The notes beneath the pieces were generated by a model, which had not been told where the DNA came from, searched no databases, and saw nothing but the letters and a program-made list of their open reading frames with translations. A stretch of 64,000 nt of DNA from Camelus ferus (lineage: Eukaryota), in contig NC_045707.1 in NCBI RefSeq assembly GCF_009834535.1, positions 56,980,001-57,044,000 on the forward strand. Reading direction: 5' to 3'. A program made the translations under genes and the position numbers. This document shows, one piece after another, positions 14,401-27,683 of this stretch; position 1 is the stretch's first letter; every line of letters begins with the position of its first letter.

Positions 14401-15639
14401 ATGCTTTGGCTATAGCTTTAATAGATGGGAAATGAAAGTGGAATTGGCTCCTCTATCTTTAATAACAGATTTAACATCTTTTATATCATTAGCCCAGATT
14501 TGAGGGAAGCAGAGTAAACACATCTTTGCTGAACTAGGTTAGTTTCAGACTCTAAAAGGCTGATTGATTCAAAAGAGTATGACAGAAAGTTTGTTTATCT
14601 CTGTCCTATTGGCATAATTTAAGTGTCTATTTTGTGCCAAGGGCTCTGACTTCTTTTAGGGATTTAGACAAAAACAAGTACTTTTCTTTCCCTTTATATT
14701 GATCTGTCTGATCTTTAAGCCAATCCTGGAGAATTTTTAAGTCTGTCATTTAGATATTCTGCAAATGACCTAATTTTATTTTTCTCTTTGGTACAGTTTA
14801 TCCATCTTAATATTTCTCATGAAGCACTAGTTCCCAGGAGTTAATGGGAGTTTTACAGAATCCATGCCTCCCAAAAAAAGGATTTCCAGGATGAGAATAT
14901 TAAGATATGCTATACAATTTTGAACTGGCAACTTTACTGTAGTAAACTTGTGTTGATGTCTTCAGCAATCATCTAGTCAAGTGTTCTTCTCCAGCAATTT
15001 TTATTATGTTCTTTGTCATCAATTTTTTTTCCTTATCTATCTCATTCCTTTAACATTCAAAGTTCTTCCAACTTAAAAGACGTCCTCTCTTGCTCCTACT
15101 TCTACAATTAGCTATTGCCCTATTTTCTACTCCTCTTTGCAGCAAAACTCTTCAAAAGGGTTGTTTACTCACTGTCCCCAGTTGCTTTCTTTGCATTCTT
15201 TGTAAACCCATCCCAGGAAGGTCTTTGCTCCACCACTCCCCAGGAACCTCTCCTGTTACCATCTTCACTCACTGTCGCTAAATATAATGGCCAGTTCTCA
15301 GCCCTTCTTGAGTTGATGTCGTAGTTGATCACTCTTTCCTCCTCAATTCACTTTCAGTTTTCACTTGTAATTCAGGAAACCACCTTCTCTCTCTTTTTTT
15401 TTTTTCTCTTATCTCACCAGTGGCTCTGTATCAGGGTCCTTTCTTGGATCATATTCTTCTTCCTGACTTCCTTTTTTAGGCATTAGATATTTACTTCATG
15501 TCCAATGAGATTATTTTATCCTGAGAGTTACATTAAATTTGCTTTAAACCCATATTACCATCCCATGGAAATTCCTCTCCAAGATTTCTCCAAATTCCAG
15601 GAAATTTATATTCTCATGGTCAGAACTTAATCCAATTTA

Positions 15640-15735
15640 TTTCTTTCTCTCTTTCTTTCTTTCTTTCTTTCTTTCTTCCTTTCTTCCTTTCTTCCTTTCT
15701 TCCTTTCTTCCTTTCTTCCTTTCTCCCTTTCTTTC

Positions 15736-15773
<38 letters not shown>

Positions 15774-15845
15774 TTCCTTCCTTCCTTCCTTCCTTCCTTC
15801 CTTCCTTTCTTTCTTCCTTTCTTTCTCTCTTTCTTTCTTTCTTTC
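15640..15845. repeat. Compound (TTTC)n/(TTCC)n microsatellite, 206-nt pure pyrimidine tract
   Basis: Directly visible; produces the spurious KERK ORF. Confidence 0.97.
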
Positions 15846-15972
15846 ATCTATCTATGTATCTAAAAATATAGATGACTTACAATATCAGCTTCAGATGTAC
15901 ACATAGTGATTCAATATTTTTATAGTTTACACTCCATTTAGAGTTCTTATAAAATATTATCTATATTCTCTG
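15846..15972 (-). mobile_element. Short L1 3' end whose A-tail appears to have become the microsatellite
   Basis: tatagatgacttacaatatcagcttcagatgtacacatagtgattcaatatttttatag resembles the other L1 3' termini in this window. Confidence 0.7.
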
Positions 15973-18952
15973 TCTTCTTCCTGATTTCTTAATGTTGGAG
16001 TGACCCAGGACTCAGTCCTTCATTTTTCTCAGTGATTTCAGTCTCATAGCTTTAATACTCTCCATAAGCTAATGCTTTATCTCTAATTCAAACCCTACAA
16101 CCAAGCACATCTATCTAACTGCCTATTGAACATCTCCATTTGTATTTCCAAAAGACATTGAACCTTAAAATGTCAGAAACTTACTCCTCCCAAACTCACT
16201 GCATCTTCTCTATCTCAGATGATGGAAACCTCACCTTTCTTGTTGCTCAATCTAAAGAATTTGGAGCTATCCTCAAGTCTTTCCTATGTCTCACACCCCA
16301 CATTAAACTGTAAAGAAATTCTATTTGCTCTACTTTCAAAATGTATCCAGAATCTGACCACTTCTTACCACCTCCAGTAAGCACTCAGGTCTAAACCACT
16401 ATCATCTCTCACCTAGATTATTGTAATCACATACTACCAAGTCTCTGCCTTTCTCATGAGCCTTTACTGTCTATTTTTAACATAGCATGAATCAGAATGA
16501 TGTTTTATAACATAAATCTGAACATGTCAATCATATGCTCAAAACTCTGCAAATGTTTCCCATTTACACAAGGCTCTACATGATTTGGCTTTCCTTATCT
16601 TCTGACTTTATCTACAACTCCACACTAGCCACACTGGTCTCCTGTTGACATTGGACTTTGTCTTCCCTCTGCCTAGGACACCCTCCTTCCAAATATCTGC
16701 ATGGCTATCTCTGTTACTACCATCAAGCCTTTGTTAAAATACCATTAAAATATTTTAATGTAGAGTATAGTTCATTTATTTATAATATCTATAATTTATT
16801 TTCTGTCACCTCAGCTAAATTCCATGAGGGTTAAAAATCTCTGTTTGATTCCTGATGAGATTTAGGTGCCTGGAACAGCTCCTGGCACATGGTAAGTGGC
16901 TACTAAGTATATGTAAAATAAATAAATAAGTGAATACCACATTATTTTGACTATTATAACTTTAAATCTTGATTCTTAGAGCTCAATTATAATATCAGCT
17001 TTTGAAGCCCAGTTTAAAACTCTTGATATTTTCATTGGAATTACTTAAGTAATAAATTAATTTGGGGAGAGTAGCCACCTCTATGATATATTGCCTTACC
17101 ATCTATAATATGGTTTGAGTCTCCATTTACTTGCGTATTGCTTTATGTTCTTCAATAAAACTGTTTAATTATTCACATAGAGGTCTTTCAGATTGTTAGA
17201 TTTATTTCTAGGCACTTATAGTTTTGTTGCTGTTGTGATTGTTATTTCTTTTTCATTTTTCTAATAAATTAATAGTGGCATATAAAGATGTGATAGACTT
17301 TCCAGTACTAGTATGGCAGCCAGCAAACTTGCTGACCTGTTAGTAGTTCCAAGAACTGTGCCGTTGGACTTCTCTAAGTAGTTAAACAAATAAGGAGTTT
17401 TATTCTCTCTTCTTTTCTTCCTTCTCAATTTTTATTTTATTTCTTATATATTGGTTCAATACAATGTTGAATAGCATGGGTCAGAATGCCTTACCTTTAT
17501 AGTCTTCAAAGTATCACTTTTGAAAATAAGTAGCTCCTCAAAATCAAGTGCCATCCATGGACCCTTGCAATAACCCACTGACATACAGACTAAATGAAAC
17601 CATTCTATACCAATCACTGACCTAGTTTTGAAGTTCCACCAGCAGTAGTGTCATTCCCTAACAGAGTGTTTTCCCTTTTCCTAGTTGTACCCAATTGAGG
17701 CTTAGTTTTACACTTAAGTTCCCAAAGGCATCAAGATGATTGAGCCAGGAAGCTCTTTCCAGACTCAGCCACGCAACAAGCTGGAACCACTGCTGACACT
17801 GGATAGTGGACTCAGGTCTTAGTCACTACTCTTACTTCTCTTATGATAGGTTCTCCTCATGAGCTCTTGGAGATCTTTCTGATCCAGTCAATTGTCTTAG
17901 TCTGTAGGAGAATTTGGAATAATATTGAACTTCACAATTGAAAGGAAAGCAATTGGAAGTCTCATTTTCCCCCTCTCTCCTGAAGGTTCATGGTAATTAT
18001 GCAAATTGCACCCTCATCTCATTTCAAGACACTAAAGAAGAGACAATTTGTAAAGGTCCCATTAAATATTCTTTCTCTGGGGTCAGGGAGTATATACTTT
18101 TCTTATATTTACATATCTAAAAGAATTGCTTAGTAATTCTTCTAGCTAAAAAGATCTTCTTATATGCTCCTTTTTTTTCCAGTGCTACTTCTTTATTTCT
18201 ATATCTGAACAAAGAAACATTTGAAGAACTTCAACTGAAAATAAAAAACAAAAGCAAACAAAAATACTCCTTATACACACTTCATCTCCTTCTATTTTCT
18301 AACTATACAGATCATTTAAGAACCTTACAAATGAATGTTTTTCCACATTAATTATTAAATATATTTCTTTCATGTTGTAATATGGGAAATAGCTTTTTAC
18401 ATTTCTGAATGTTACTAACATTGATTATGAGAACATTGACTAGAAATTTCTCATGTTTCATCTAGCTTTAAGACACTATAAAATGAAGTATATTTCTATC
18501 AAGACACACATCAGATATAGTGAATGATACGTATTCTAGTTTAAAATGAGAATATTGGCATTTCAGAATAACAGACTCCTTGATGAAAGTATTATTTGAA
18601 AATTGGGTGGATATTTTTAAATGGCTTAGAATTTCTGTGAAAATAATAAATCTATTTATACTTATTAACAAAACAGTATTGATTAATTAAACTAAAAAAC
18701 TGACAAGTAAAGTTCTGTTGCTAGACGTTTTAATTAAATAAAATTATCAGGAATTTACTGTGTTATGATGAATTTGCAAATCTTGATGTTGAACAATAAA
18801 ATTATTAATGGAAAAGTAACTATAAGAAATCATCTGGTCTAGGATTTATGATTTAGATGTGGAAAATATGAGGAGTTGTCAAAAATGTACAAATCAAGTA
18901 CCGAAATATGTTTAAGTATAGAAATATGGCAGTTTAAATTATTAGACAGCCA

Positions 18953-19190
18953 TGGTGACTATAGTTAAAAGTATTGTACTATATTTTTGAAAATTTCTAA
19001 GAGGGTAGATCGCAAATATTCTCAGTACTAAATAAAAATGGTAACTATGTGAGGTGTTGGGTAGGTTAATCTTATTGTGGTGTATATATATGTATATCTA
19101 TATATCGCTATATATATATCAAATCATCACATTGTACACTTTAAAATTACACAATGTTATATGTCAATTATATCTCAATAAATCTGGGGA
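18953..19190 (+). mobile_element. L1MA-type 3' end
   Basis: ggtgactatagttaa...ctaagagggtagatc...aatggtaactatgtgaggtg...tcaattatatctcaataaa. Confidence 0.75.
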
Positions 19191-20959
19191 AAATTATCAG
19201 CTGCCAAGTATTATAGCTCTTAGAAAAAGGAAAGATTGAGATCAACCAAATATTCATTCTGTATGGGTAGCACCCATCTAACTGTAAAAACTTAAAATTA
19301 ACACAGTTCCTAAACTGTCTGGAATAGCATGTAAAGAAATGTCTATCCAAGGGGGAAATCAATTATTAAGTTATCTTAATATAACAATTTAAATGCCCTC
19401 TATTCTGTACACTCAAGAGGCATTATTTTACGACTTTAAAGAAATGTGAAAAGTTATTCATTATTATGTTTAATAAACTGCTATTCTCTGGTAGAAGAGC
19501 AATATGTGACCACAAATATATGTTCCAAACAAGTAATAACCATTAAGGGACCATAAAATGCAGACTGAAAATGACCACATTAGTAATTTGTATTGTTGTT
19601 TTTTCAAACCTGTCATAGTATCCTCTAATACGTGCTGAAACAAGAAGTAGAGTGGAAGATATTAATGGCGAGGTCATTTTGCCAAAAAGTATAAAATACA
19701 AAGAGAGATTTATTTCCATTTTTAACCTGGGATAGTATAGAAAAACATGTTTAAATTCTTGGCTGCTTCTCATGAGAAAAGTCACCATGACTGTGACATG
19801 GTGAGACTTCTGGGGTTTTATTTATTCCACTTGGTCTTCATGTAGGCTGTGTATTTTTGACCATATTATTTATGTTAATGTATATTGAATGTGCATAGGT
19901 AAAGCAAACATGCTTTTCTAATAGATTACCACTGCTCTGCTCATAGAATCGTCCTCTGGTTCACATCTCACCCAGAGTAAAAGTCAAAAGTTCTACAGTG
20001 ATCTCAAGAACCCATATCATCTGCCCATCTATATCCATCCCATTCTCTTGCTGTAGCTTATTCCATTCTAGCTGCACTAGGTCCTCTTGAAAATCCTAAA
20101 CCAATTTGTGCCTCCCAACCTTTGATCATTCCAACTGGAACAACACTTTACTAACAGAAAGGAGAAGAGAGGCAGCAAGATCAGCATCTGTAGCATGTGC
20201 AAGTTGCCCATGGCCAGGGGGTTGGTCCCTCCTGATAGTCGAGGTAGGACAATGGACTACACGCATCCCTCTCAGGCTGCAACCTGCTCCCTTCCCATAG
20301 TGGGGCAGATAAACTGGTGGAGCTGGCCAGGTGATGTATAGCACATGCAATACAAGGAAGGTCACTGCATGCCTAGAACAGAGGATAGATTTATCCTATA
20401 AGGAAAAAGAGTCTGGGGCCAAGTTATAGCTTGACATGAAGCTTTCATGGAAGGGAGTATTCCAGACTCAGGGCACTGATTGAACAATCCCGGAGAAGAT
20501 AGACAGATTGCATGAAGACTTCTTCCCCAATAGGTAGCAAATAGGAGAGAATGAAATGGGTTATATTTAGATCTATTGCAAAGGTAAAGCAAACACATTT
20601 TCCTGATAGACTCAGTGAGAGATGGGGGATAAAGAAAGGATTTGATGATAACTCCAAACTTTTCCGCCTGGGAAGCATGTGGAAAGATGGTGTTTTTACC
20701 AATTGAATTGAGGAAGGGGCACAGGAATTTGTTTCTGAATTTTAGTTTGGTTGGAATGTTTTGATATTTAAGTAGGAAAAATGAGTAGCAGTTGAATATG
20801 CAAGAATATACAGGTTAAGCTTTAAGCCTGGAATAGAAAGAAAATTTTAAGAATACATATTTTAGTGGATGAGACAGACAACAAACATAATATATGTTAC
20901 ATGGAAGGAATAAAAGACCTCTCTGATAAAGTGACATTTGAAGAGATCCTTAAAGAGAC

Positions 20960-21700
20960 ATTCTTGGTCACCTTTGATGATCCTCCCCTCTTACTCCATC
21001 GTGGTCCCCTCCAGTGTTATAATTTTTAATATAAAATATCCATGCACTGACTACTCCTGACTGAAGACTCATGCAACAGCCTATGAGACATCTTCACTTT
21101 GACATCTTGACAAGTTATCTCAAACTTTGTTTCCAAAACCCAGTACTTGATTTTACCCCATCCTAATCCCAAATCTGTTTCTCCTAAAGATTCCCCCATT
21201 TCAATAAATAGCAACACTATTCTTCTAATTGATGGCCAAAAACCTTAAAGTCATTCTTGAGTCCATGCTTTTGGTCACATGTCACATCTAATCCATTGAA
21301 AGAATATGGCCAGTTCTCACAACATTCACTGCCAATACCCTAGTCCTAGCCAGCATTATCATCCACCTGGATTATTACAAAAACCTCTGTAATTCATCTC
21401 TTTAATTTCATTCTTGATCCCTACAGTCTGTTTTTCACAAGAAAGCAGAGGGATCCTTTGAAAATGTGAGATCATGCCACTCCTCTGCTCAGCACCTTCA
21501 TAAGGTCCCCATCTCACCCAGAGTAAAAGCCAAAGTCCTATAGTGATCTCAAGAACCCACCTTATCTCAAGAATCTATGCCATCCTCCCATCCACACCCA
21601 CTCTCATCTTGCTGTAGCCTAGTCAATTCTAGCTACATGGTCCTTTTGAAAATTCTGTATCTATTTGTGTCTCCCAACCTTTGATTTTTTCTGTTCCCTC
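20960..21700 (+). mobile_element. L2 relic
   Basis: ggccaaaaaccttaaagtcattcttgagtcc...cacctggattattacaa...gatcatgccactcctctgctca. Confidence 0.65.
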
Positions 21701-22639
21701 TGTCAGATAAGCACATAATTTATGCTCTCATTCTGGGTCGTGGTGCAGACCATAATTAATTCCCTTCTATAAGCTTGACCCAAATATTGCATGTAACAAT
21801 TTTCATTGTCTATCTAAAATTCAGATTTAACTCAGGATTCTGTATTTCATCTGGCCACTCCATCTGTAGGGAAATGGGAAGGAGAATGGATGCTGAGCAG
21901 GCAAGCGTAAATTGTTCACTACAGGTGGTTAAGAAGGGCTTTACATAAATCACCAGGATCGTGAGATTAACAGTTTGCCAGCAAATGTTTACATGTTACT
22001 TCCCTGTTCAAAAACCTTTGATGACTCTCTGTCATTCTATTTAATACACAAAGTTCATTCTATTTCCTATGAAAACCTAAGGACATCTTAATGTATGCTG
22101 GCCTTCCCTTTCAAGTCTCATATCCTCCCATTTCTCCACAGCACGTGTCTTCTGCTGTGTGCACAGGATGACTCATAATGCCCCTGCAGAGAATGCCTCC
22201 CTGCCTTTGCTCATGTAGCTTCCCCTTCCTGGAATAATTGCCCTCTCTCTTACTTCACTTGAAATATAATTATCTATTTTTAAAGGACCAACTCAAAGAG
22301 TATCACAAAAAATATCTTCTTTCTGCTCCCATAATGCAAATATATAAGCAAAAAATAACTCTGTGGTGATATTTCATTGCAGTGCGTAATTGTTGCTTAT
22401 TTCTGTGCCACTTCTCTACTTGATGGAAATTTTCTTAATGTCAGCATTATATCATCATATTAAAAAATTCTAAAACCTAATACCTTCCATTTGGCACATA
22501 GTAGGTGCTCAATAAGTATTTGTTGATTAAATAAAATTATATGTTTAAAAAGTTTTACCATCTGAGCCTTTATTACATTTGAAAACTAACAATTTAAGTG
22601 TATCCAGCTACAATTTAGAAGAAACAAAATGAAAGTCTT

Positions 22640-23712
22640 TTGTCTTAGGAAAATAATTTCTTGGTACAATACTAAAAGCACATAAAGGAAAAAATGATAC
22701 ATTGGACTTCATTAAAATTAAAAACACTTACATTTGAAACAGCACCATCAAGAAAGTAAAAAGATAACTGACAAACTGGAAAGAATTTTTCTTAAGTCTA
22801 TAGCTGACAAAGGACTTGTATCATATATATATGGAATTCTCATAACTCAATAATAAAAGACAAACAACTCAATTAGTAAATGGGAAAATACTTCGGACAT
22901 TTCGCAAGAGGAGATACACAAATAGCTAACAGGAACATGAAAAGATGCTCAACGTTGTTAGTCTCTAGGAACTGCAAATCAAAACCACAAGGAGATACTA
23001 TTTCATACCCATAAGAATAACTATAATGAGTAAAGATAGTAACAAGTTTTGGTGAGGATATAGGAAATTGGAACTGTCATGATGACTGGTGGGAATGTAA
23101 AATGGTGTAACCACTTTGGGAAATATTTCTTCAAAATATTAAACATAGAATTACATGATCCAGAAATCCTGCTCCCAAGACTCTACCCACAAGAACTGAA
23201 AGCATATGTCCACACAAAGACTTGTACACAAATGTTCAGAGGAGCATTATTCATAGTATTCAGAAAGTGGAAACAATCTAAATGTCTACTAACTGGTGAA
23301 TATGTAAATAAAATGTAGTATATCCACATGATAAAATATTATTCAGCAGTAACAGATATGAAATACTGGTAACATGCTACAACATGAATGACTCTCAAAA
23401 ACAAAAATGTTCAGTGAATAAAGCCAGTCACAAAAGACTATTCTGTGATTTCATTTTTGTGAAAGGTACATGATATGCAAACCTATACTGAAGGAAAGTA
23501 GATTTGTGGTTGCCTAGGGCTAGGGGTTGGGGGTCTGCTGTAAGTAATTGTTAATGGGCATGAGGTTTTTATTAAGGATGGTGAGGATTTTCTCAAGTTA
23601 GATTATGTTGATAGTTACACAGCTCTTTACTAAACACCATTGACATTCACACTTTAAATGCGTGAACTTTATGGCATGTAAATTAGATCTCGATAAAGCT
23701 ATTTAAAATAAG
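22640..23712 (+). mobile_element. Old L1M fragment (degenerate ORF2 C-terminus plus 3'UTR)
   Basis: ORF 23079..23318 translates to L1 ORF2-like text (ELKAYVHTKTCTQMF...KWKQSKC); ends gataaagctatttaaaataa. Confidence 0.85.
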
Positions 23713-25444
23713 CATTGGGTTTTCCTTTAATTCATTCATCTACCAGTTAGATTAAAATGCCATAATTTATTTTAAAGACATATCAAAATAGTAATGATTT
23801 GGAACAAAAGTTATATATTCTTTTTTTGAGATATAGATCACAAGTTTAATATGACTGTTCTACTCTGAAATTATGAAAACATACTAAGCTCACCACAAAA
23901 TGTATTTACAGTGATTTAAGTGGATGAAATATTACACATTTTTAAACATAAAATATTAATATATACTTCAGAAAAAAATGAGAGTTCATAATTTTCCATG
24001 GATAGTCCTAAATTCCAAAGTAGCATAAAGATTATGCAGTATAGTACACATCAATTATGTAACGGTATTGAAGAGGTTAACATTCTGAAAGTGTTCTATT
24101 TTAGTTGTCTCATTACTGTTTATATTTACTTAAATTTCTCTTACCTTGAGCCCATTAAAAATATGCAATTTTTAGACTAGATTTTAATGGACCTCAGGTG
24201 CACAAAATTAGAATAATCATTTTTCTAATTAGAAAATGAACATCATTCAGTTGCACTGAACAAATATTTGTAGAATTCATATATGTGTATGTATACATAT
24301 GTATGTATATTCACATATCTATACACACACTACGTTCTTGGTACTTGTCTATATCATACAGCATATGTTATTTTATCTTATTGATTTATATGTTCCAATT
24401 AAAAGTAATATGGTAAAGGGACTGAGTTGGAACTTCAAAATTCTGCATTTTAATTCAAATCAACTTCATGGAAATTCCCTAAGTTTAAGTTTCTCTGAAG
24501 TTCTTAAGGATTCAAATGTTACATGTAATTTTTCAATCACATAAAACATTTTTCAAAGCAAACATTTATTTTCTAATGATTATTGTAGTTTCTAAAACTT
24601 TGCCATTTTTAGTTGACTAGAGAAAATTCTCAATGTGAGGAGGTAGAAGCTCTATTAAAGCTTACGCTTCCTTTGTTACACATGAGTGGTATACAGAGTT
24701 AGAAGGTATTTGCTATTATTACAGAAACCCTGTAATATCATTCTTCAGTTATCCCAAACTTGGACATAATTGATTGGCAGTTGGCTCTAGCCTTTCTCCC
24801 TAAACCAGTTCTCAGTTGCTGTCTAATGAATATAAATTGACTTTTCTCAATTCAATGTACAGATAATTGTGTCGTATATAAAGATCACTATCAATGTTTT
24901 TGAGATTTATGTCCACAAAAACTGTCCAAAATGTTGTTTCCTTATTAGCTTCACAGTAATACTGCTCTGAGTTGTATGTGGTATTGCTCGTCCCAGCGGA
25001 GAGGAGTAACTTTGCAAGGGCAGTTCTCTTCCACTAAGAGTGATTCCCAGGCCAGTTCTCGGCTCTGATCCCTCAGCAAGCGGCCATCCCAGCAGCTAGA
25101 GGAATCAAGACACTGAAGGAGGATCTGATCAACCAATCTCTGGATCCTCTCCAACATTTGCACCTATTTGTAATACTTCTTTTACTATGTAATTAGAAGC
25201 TTATCACCTGCAATACAAAAATTCAGTAGTATCTTCAAAGTATTAGGTCTGCAGATCCAACTGATATCTCAAGATACTATCTCAAGATTGACTCTCATGT
25301 AATTTTGATTTGCCCAGTTGTTTCTCCACATGTTAGGTGACTGGATTTATCAACACCCCTTGCCATTAGTTTGCGTTCCCATTCTCTCTGTTTTATCTTT
25401 CTCATTGCTTTTGTGGTGCTTTCTATTCTCCCCCTTTTCTTCTA

Positions 25445-26623
25445 CAGTCAGTTCTGTCTAATATGACATTTGTGTTCCTAAAAATACTGAGTTATGCAAA
25501 ACCGCATAATAAAAAACACAGAGCTCATGGGGGGAAAGGTGTTGAGGCACAACACTACAAACTTTATCACTTACTTAAAAAAGAGATATGTCTGAGGGTC
25601 TGTTTCTGTTTTGTACATGAGTTATTAGTGTCCTCCTTTTTTTCTTTTCTAAAATTCCACATATGAGTGATATCATATAATATTTTTCTTTCTCTTTCTG
25701 GCTTACTTCACTTAGAATGACGATCTCTAGGTCCGTCCATGTTGCTGCAAATGGCATTATTTTATTCTTTTTTACAGCTGAATAGTATTCCATTGTATAA
25801 ATATACCTCAACTTCTTTATGCAGTCATCTGTCAGTGGACAGTTAGGTTGTTTCTGTGTCTTGGCTATTGTATATAGTGCTGACATAGTAAACAATCTTA
25901 TGATTACCAGGAGAAGGGGAGTGGGAAGGGATAAATTTGGGAGTTTGAAATTTGCAAATTTTAGCCATTATATATAACAATAGATAAAAAAACAAATTTC
26001 TTCTGTATAGCACAGATAACTATATTCAATATATTTTAATAACCTTTAATAAAAAATGAAAATGAATATATGTATGTATATATATGACTGGGACATTGTG
26101 CTGTACACCATGAATTGACACATTGTAACTGACTATACTTCAATTTTTTAAAAAAGATAGAAAACTAATAAAATGATTGCACAGTTTTACACATGTTGAA
26201 TGGTTAAGAATTACATAAATGCTAATATAAATTCAACTCTTTACCTTTAAAAAGATCTGGACTTTGCTTATGGAAGTGGGTGTCAGAAGGATTATAGCTG
26301 TGAGTTATTGTGGAGTGGTGGAAAGAGGAGTATCTGAAATCAGGCAGGTGGTACAACACAGAAATGGGTGAGTTGACTCAGAGCTCTCCATGAAATGTGA
26401 AACTGGCATTAGATGTTTGAGAAGTGTGCATATGTGCATTTTGTATATTCCTACATTGCTTGATTCAGCTAGGTCCAGTTTTCTGTGTTCAGTGGCTGAT
26501 TCTCAGGAATGAAATCATACACAAGAAAACACAAAAGTTAAATTATGTTCAAATTATTTCTTAATGTATCAATCATGTTTCAAATTCATGTTTTCCAAAC
26601 AAGCATCCTAATAAAATTGACTG
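25445..26623. mobile_element. Non-autonomous Tc1/mariner (Tigger-like) DNA transposon, interrupted by an L1
   Basis: TA|cagtcagttct... and ...aaaattgactg|TA: imperfect terminal inverted repeats with TA duplications. Confidence 0.7.
25589..26150 (+). mobile_element. Young 5'-inverted (twin-primed) L1 insertion
   Basis: 25589-25881 is antisense L1 (ORF 25575..25895 is ORF2 C-terminus-like), 25882-26150 is sense 3'UTR; flanked by aaaaaaga(ga)ta. Confidence 0.85.
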
Positions 26624-27461
26624 TACTTTTGTTTTTTGCTTTTTCTCTATAGTTTCCTGTTTCTCCCTGATTGTGATCTTTTTCTCTTAGCATCTGTTTC
26701 TCCCTAGTTGCTGCACTGTCTTCACTGCAAAACTTCTCCAGTTCACCTAGGCTGTAGTGCATCCTTCTGAAGACATGGGTCACTCTGGTTTCTAGGCAGC
26801 CCTTTCAAAGAGAAAAATCAATCTCAAATTATTTAAACTCTTTTAGCCTCCCTCCTCTGGATTGTGTGCACTCATGACTTTTATGTTGATAGCAATATAG
26901 AAATCGAGACTTTTCTATGCTATACCTTTGTACTAGCTGGGTCAGATTCACAGCAGGAATAACCTTCTTTAAAAGAAAAGTGCTGTGTAAGATTTTTTGC
27001 TGAGTATCATTGAAAATGAGACTTGCAAATACACAAAGGATCTTGAACAAAAATCGAAAATACTATATAGTTTGTGGGCCCTTATTTAGTAATAATATGC
27101 TGTATTACATAAATACAGTATTATTTCTTTATAATAAATTATATATATATAATTGATAAAAAATAGTTGCCACTTATTGAATGTTTAGGATACACCCATG
27201 TTTTCTGCTAAACTGTGTATAATGTACATACAGTAGCTTCCACTTCAAATGCATCTATTAGCCTATTTGAAAATTACGGATCTACCTATATGTTTTAATA
27301 TCAATTAGGAGTTTTCTCAGAAACTTAGTTTTCCTCTAAGGCGAGTTCTCTTAGAAGTTTCATTTCTCAGTGTGAAATCTTTTTCTGTCTCATTTCTTTA
27401 AGTTCATGAATTGTAAAGATGAAGAAAGTTCTAAGTGCCATTTCTTTTTCTTTTCCTGCAG

Positions 27462-27683
27462 CGTTTGTCCAATGGTTCTATAGACTCCACTGATGATACA
27501 AGTCAAATAGTTGAGCTACAAGAATTGCTTGAAAAACAAAACTATGAAATGGCCCAAATGAAAGAACGTTTAGCAGCCCTTTCTTCCCGCGTGGGAGAGG
27601 TGGAGCAGGAAGCAGAGACAGCAAGGAAGGATCTCATTAAAACCGAAGAAATGAACACTAAGTATCAAAGGGACATTAGGGAG
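27462..27683 (+). CDS. PPFIA2: PPFIA2 coding exon (222 nt, 0-0): RLSNGSIDSTDDTSQ...KYQRDIRE
   Basis: ttcttttcctgcag|CGTTTG ... AGGGAG|gtaagt; inside ORF 27435..27698. Confidence 0.97.

Larger units (their letters stand above)
15050..16930 (+). mobile_element. L2 LINE relic, interrupted at 15471-15972
   Basis: L2 motifs (aatgttggagtgacccaggactcagtcct; tatccagaatctgaccacttct) ending in cctggcacatggtaag...aataaataagtgaat. Confidence 0.75.

Noticed and set aside
15620..15847. Lys/Glu/Arg-rich 75-aa ORF
   Set aside because: Translation of the (GAAA/GGAA)n microsatellite.
23079..23318. 79-aa ORF
   Set aside because: Decayed L1 ORF2 remnant.
25575..25895. 106-aa minus-strand ORF
   Set aside because: L1 ORF2 C-terminal fragment in the inverted arm of a truncated insertion.
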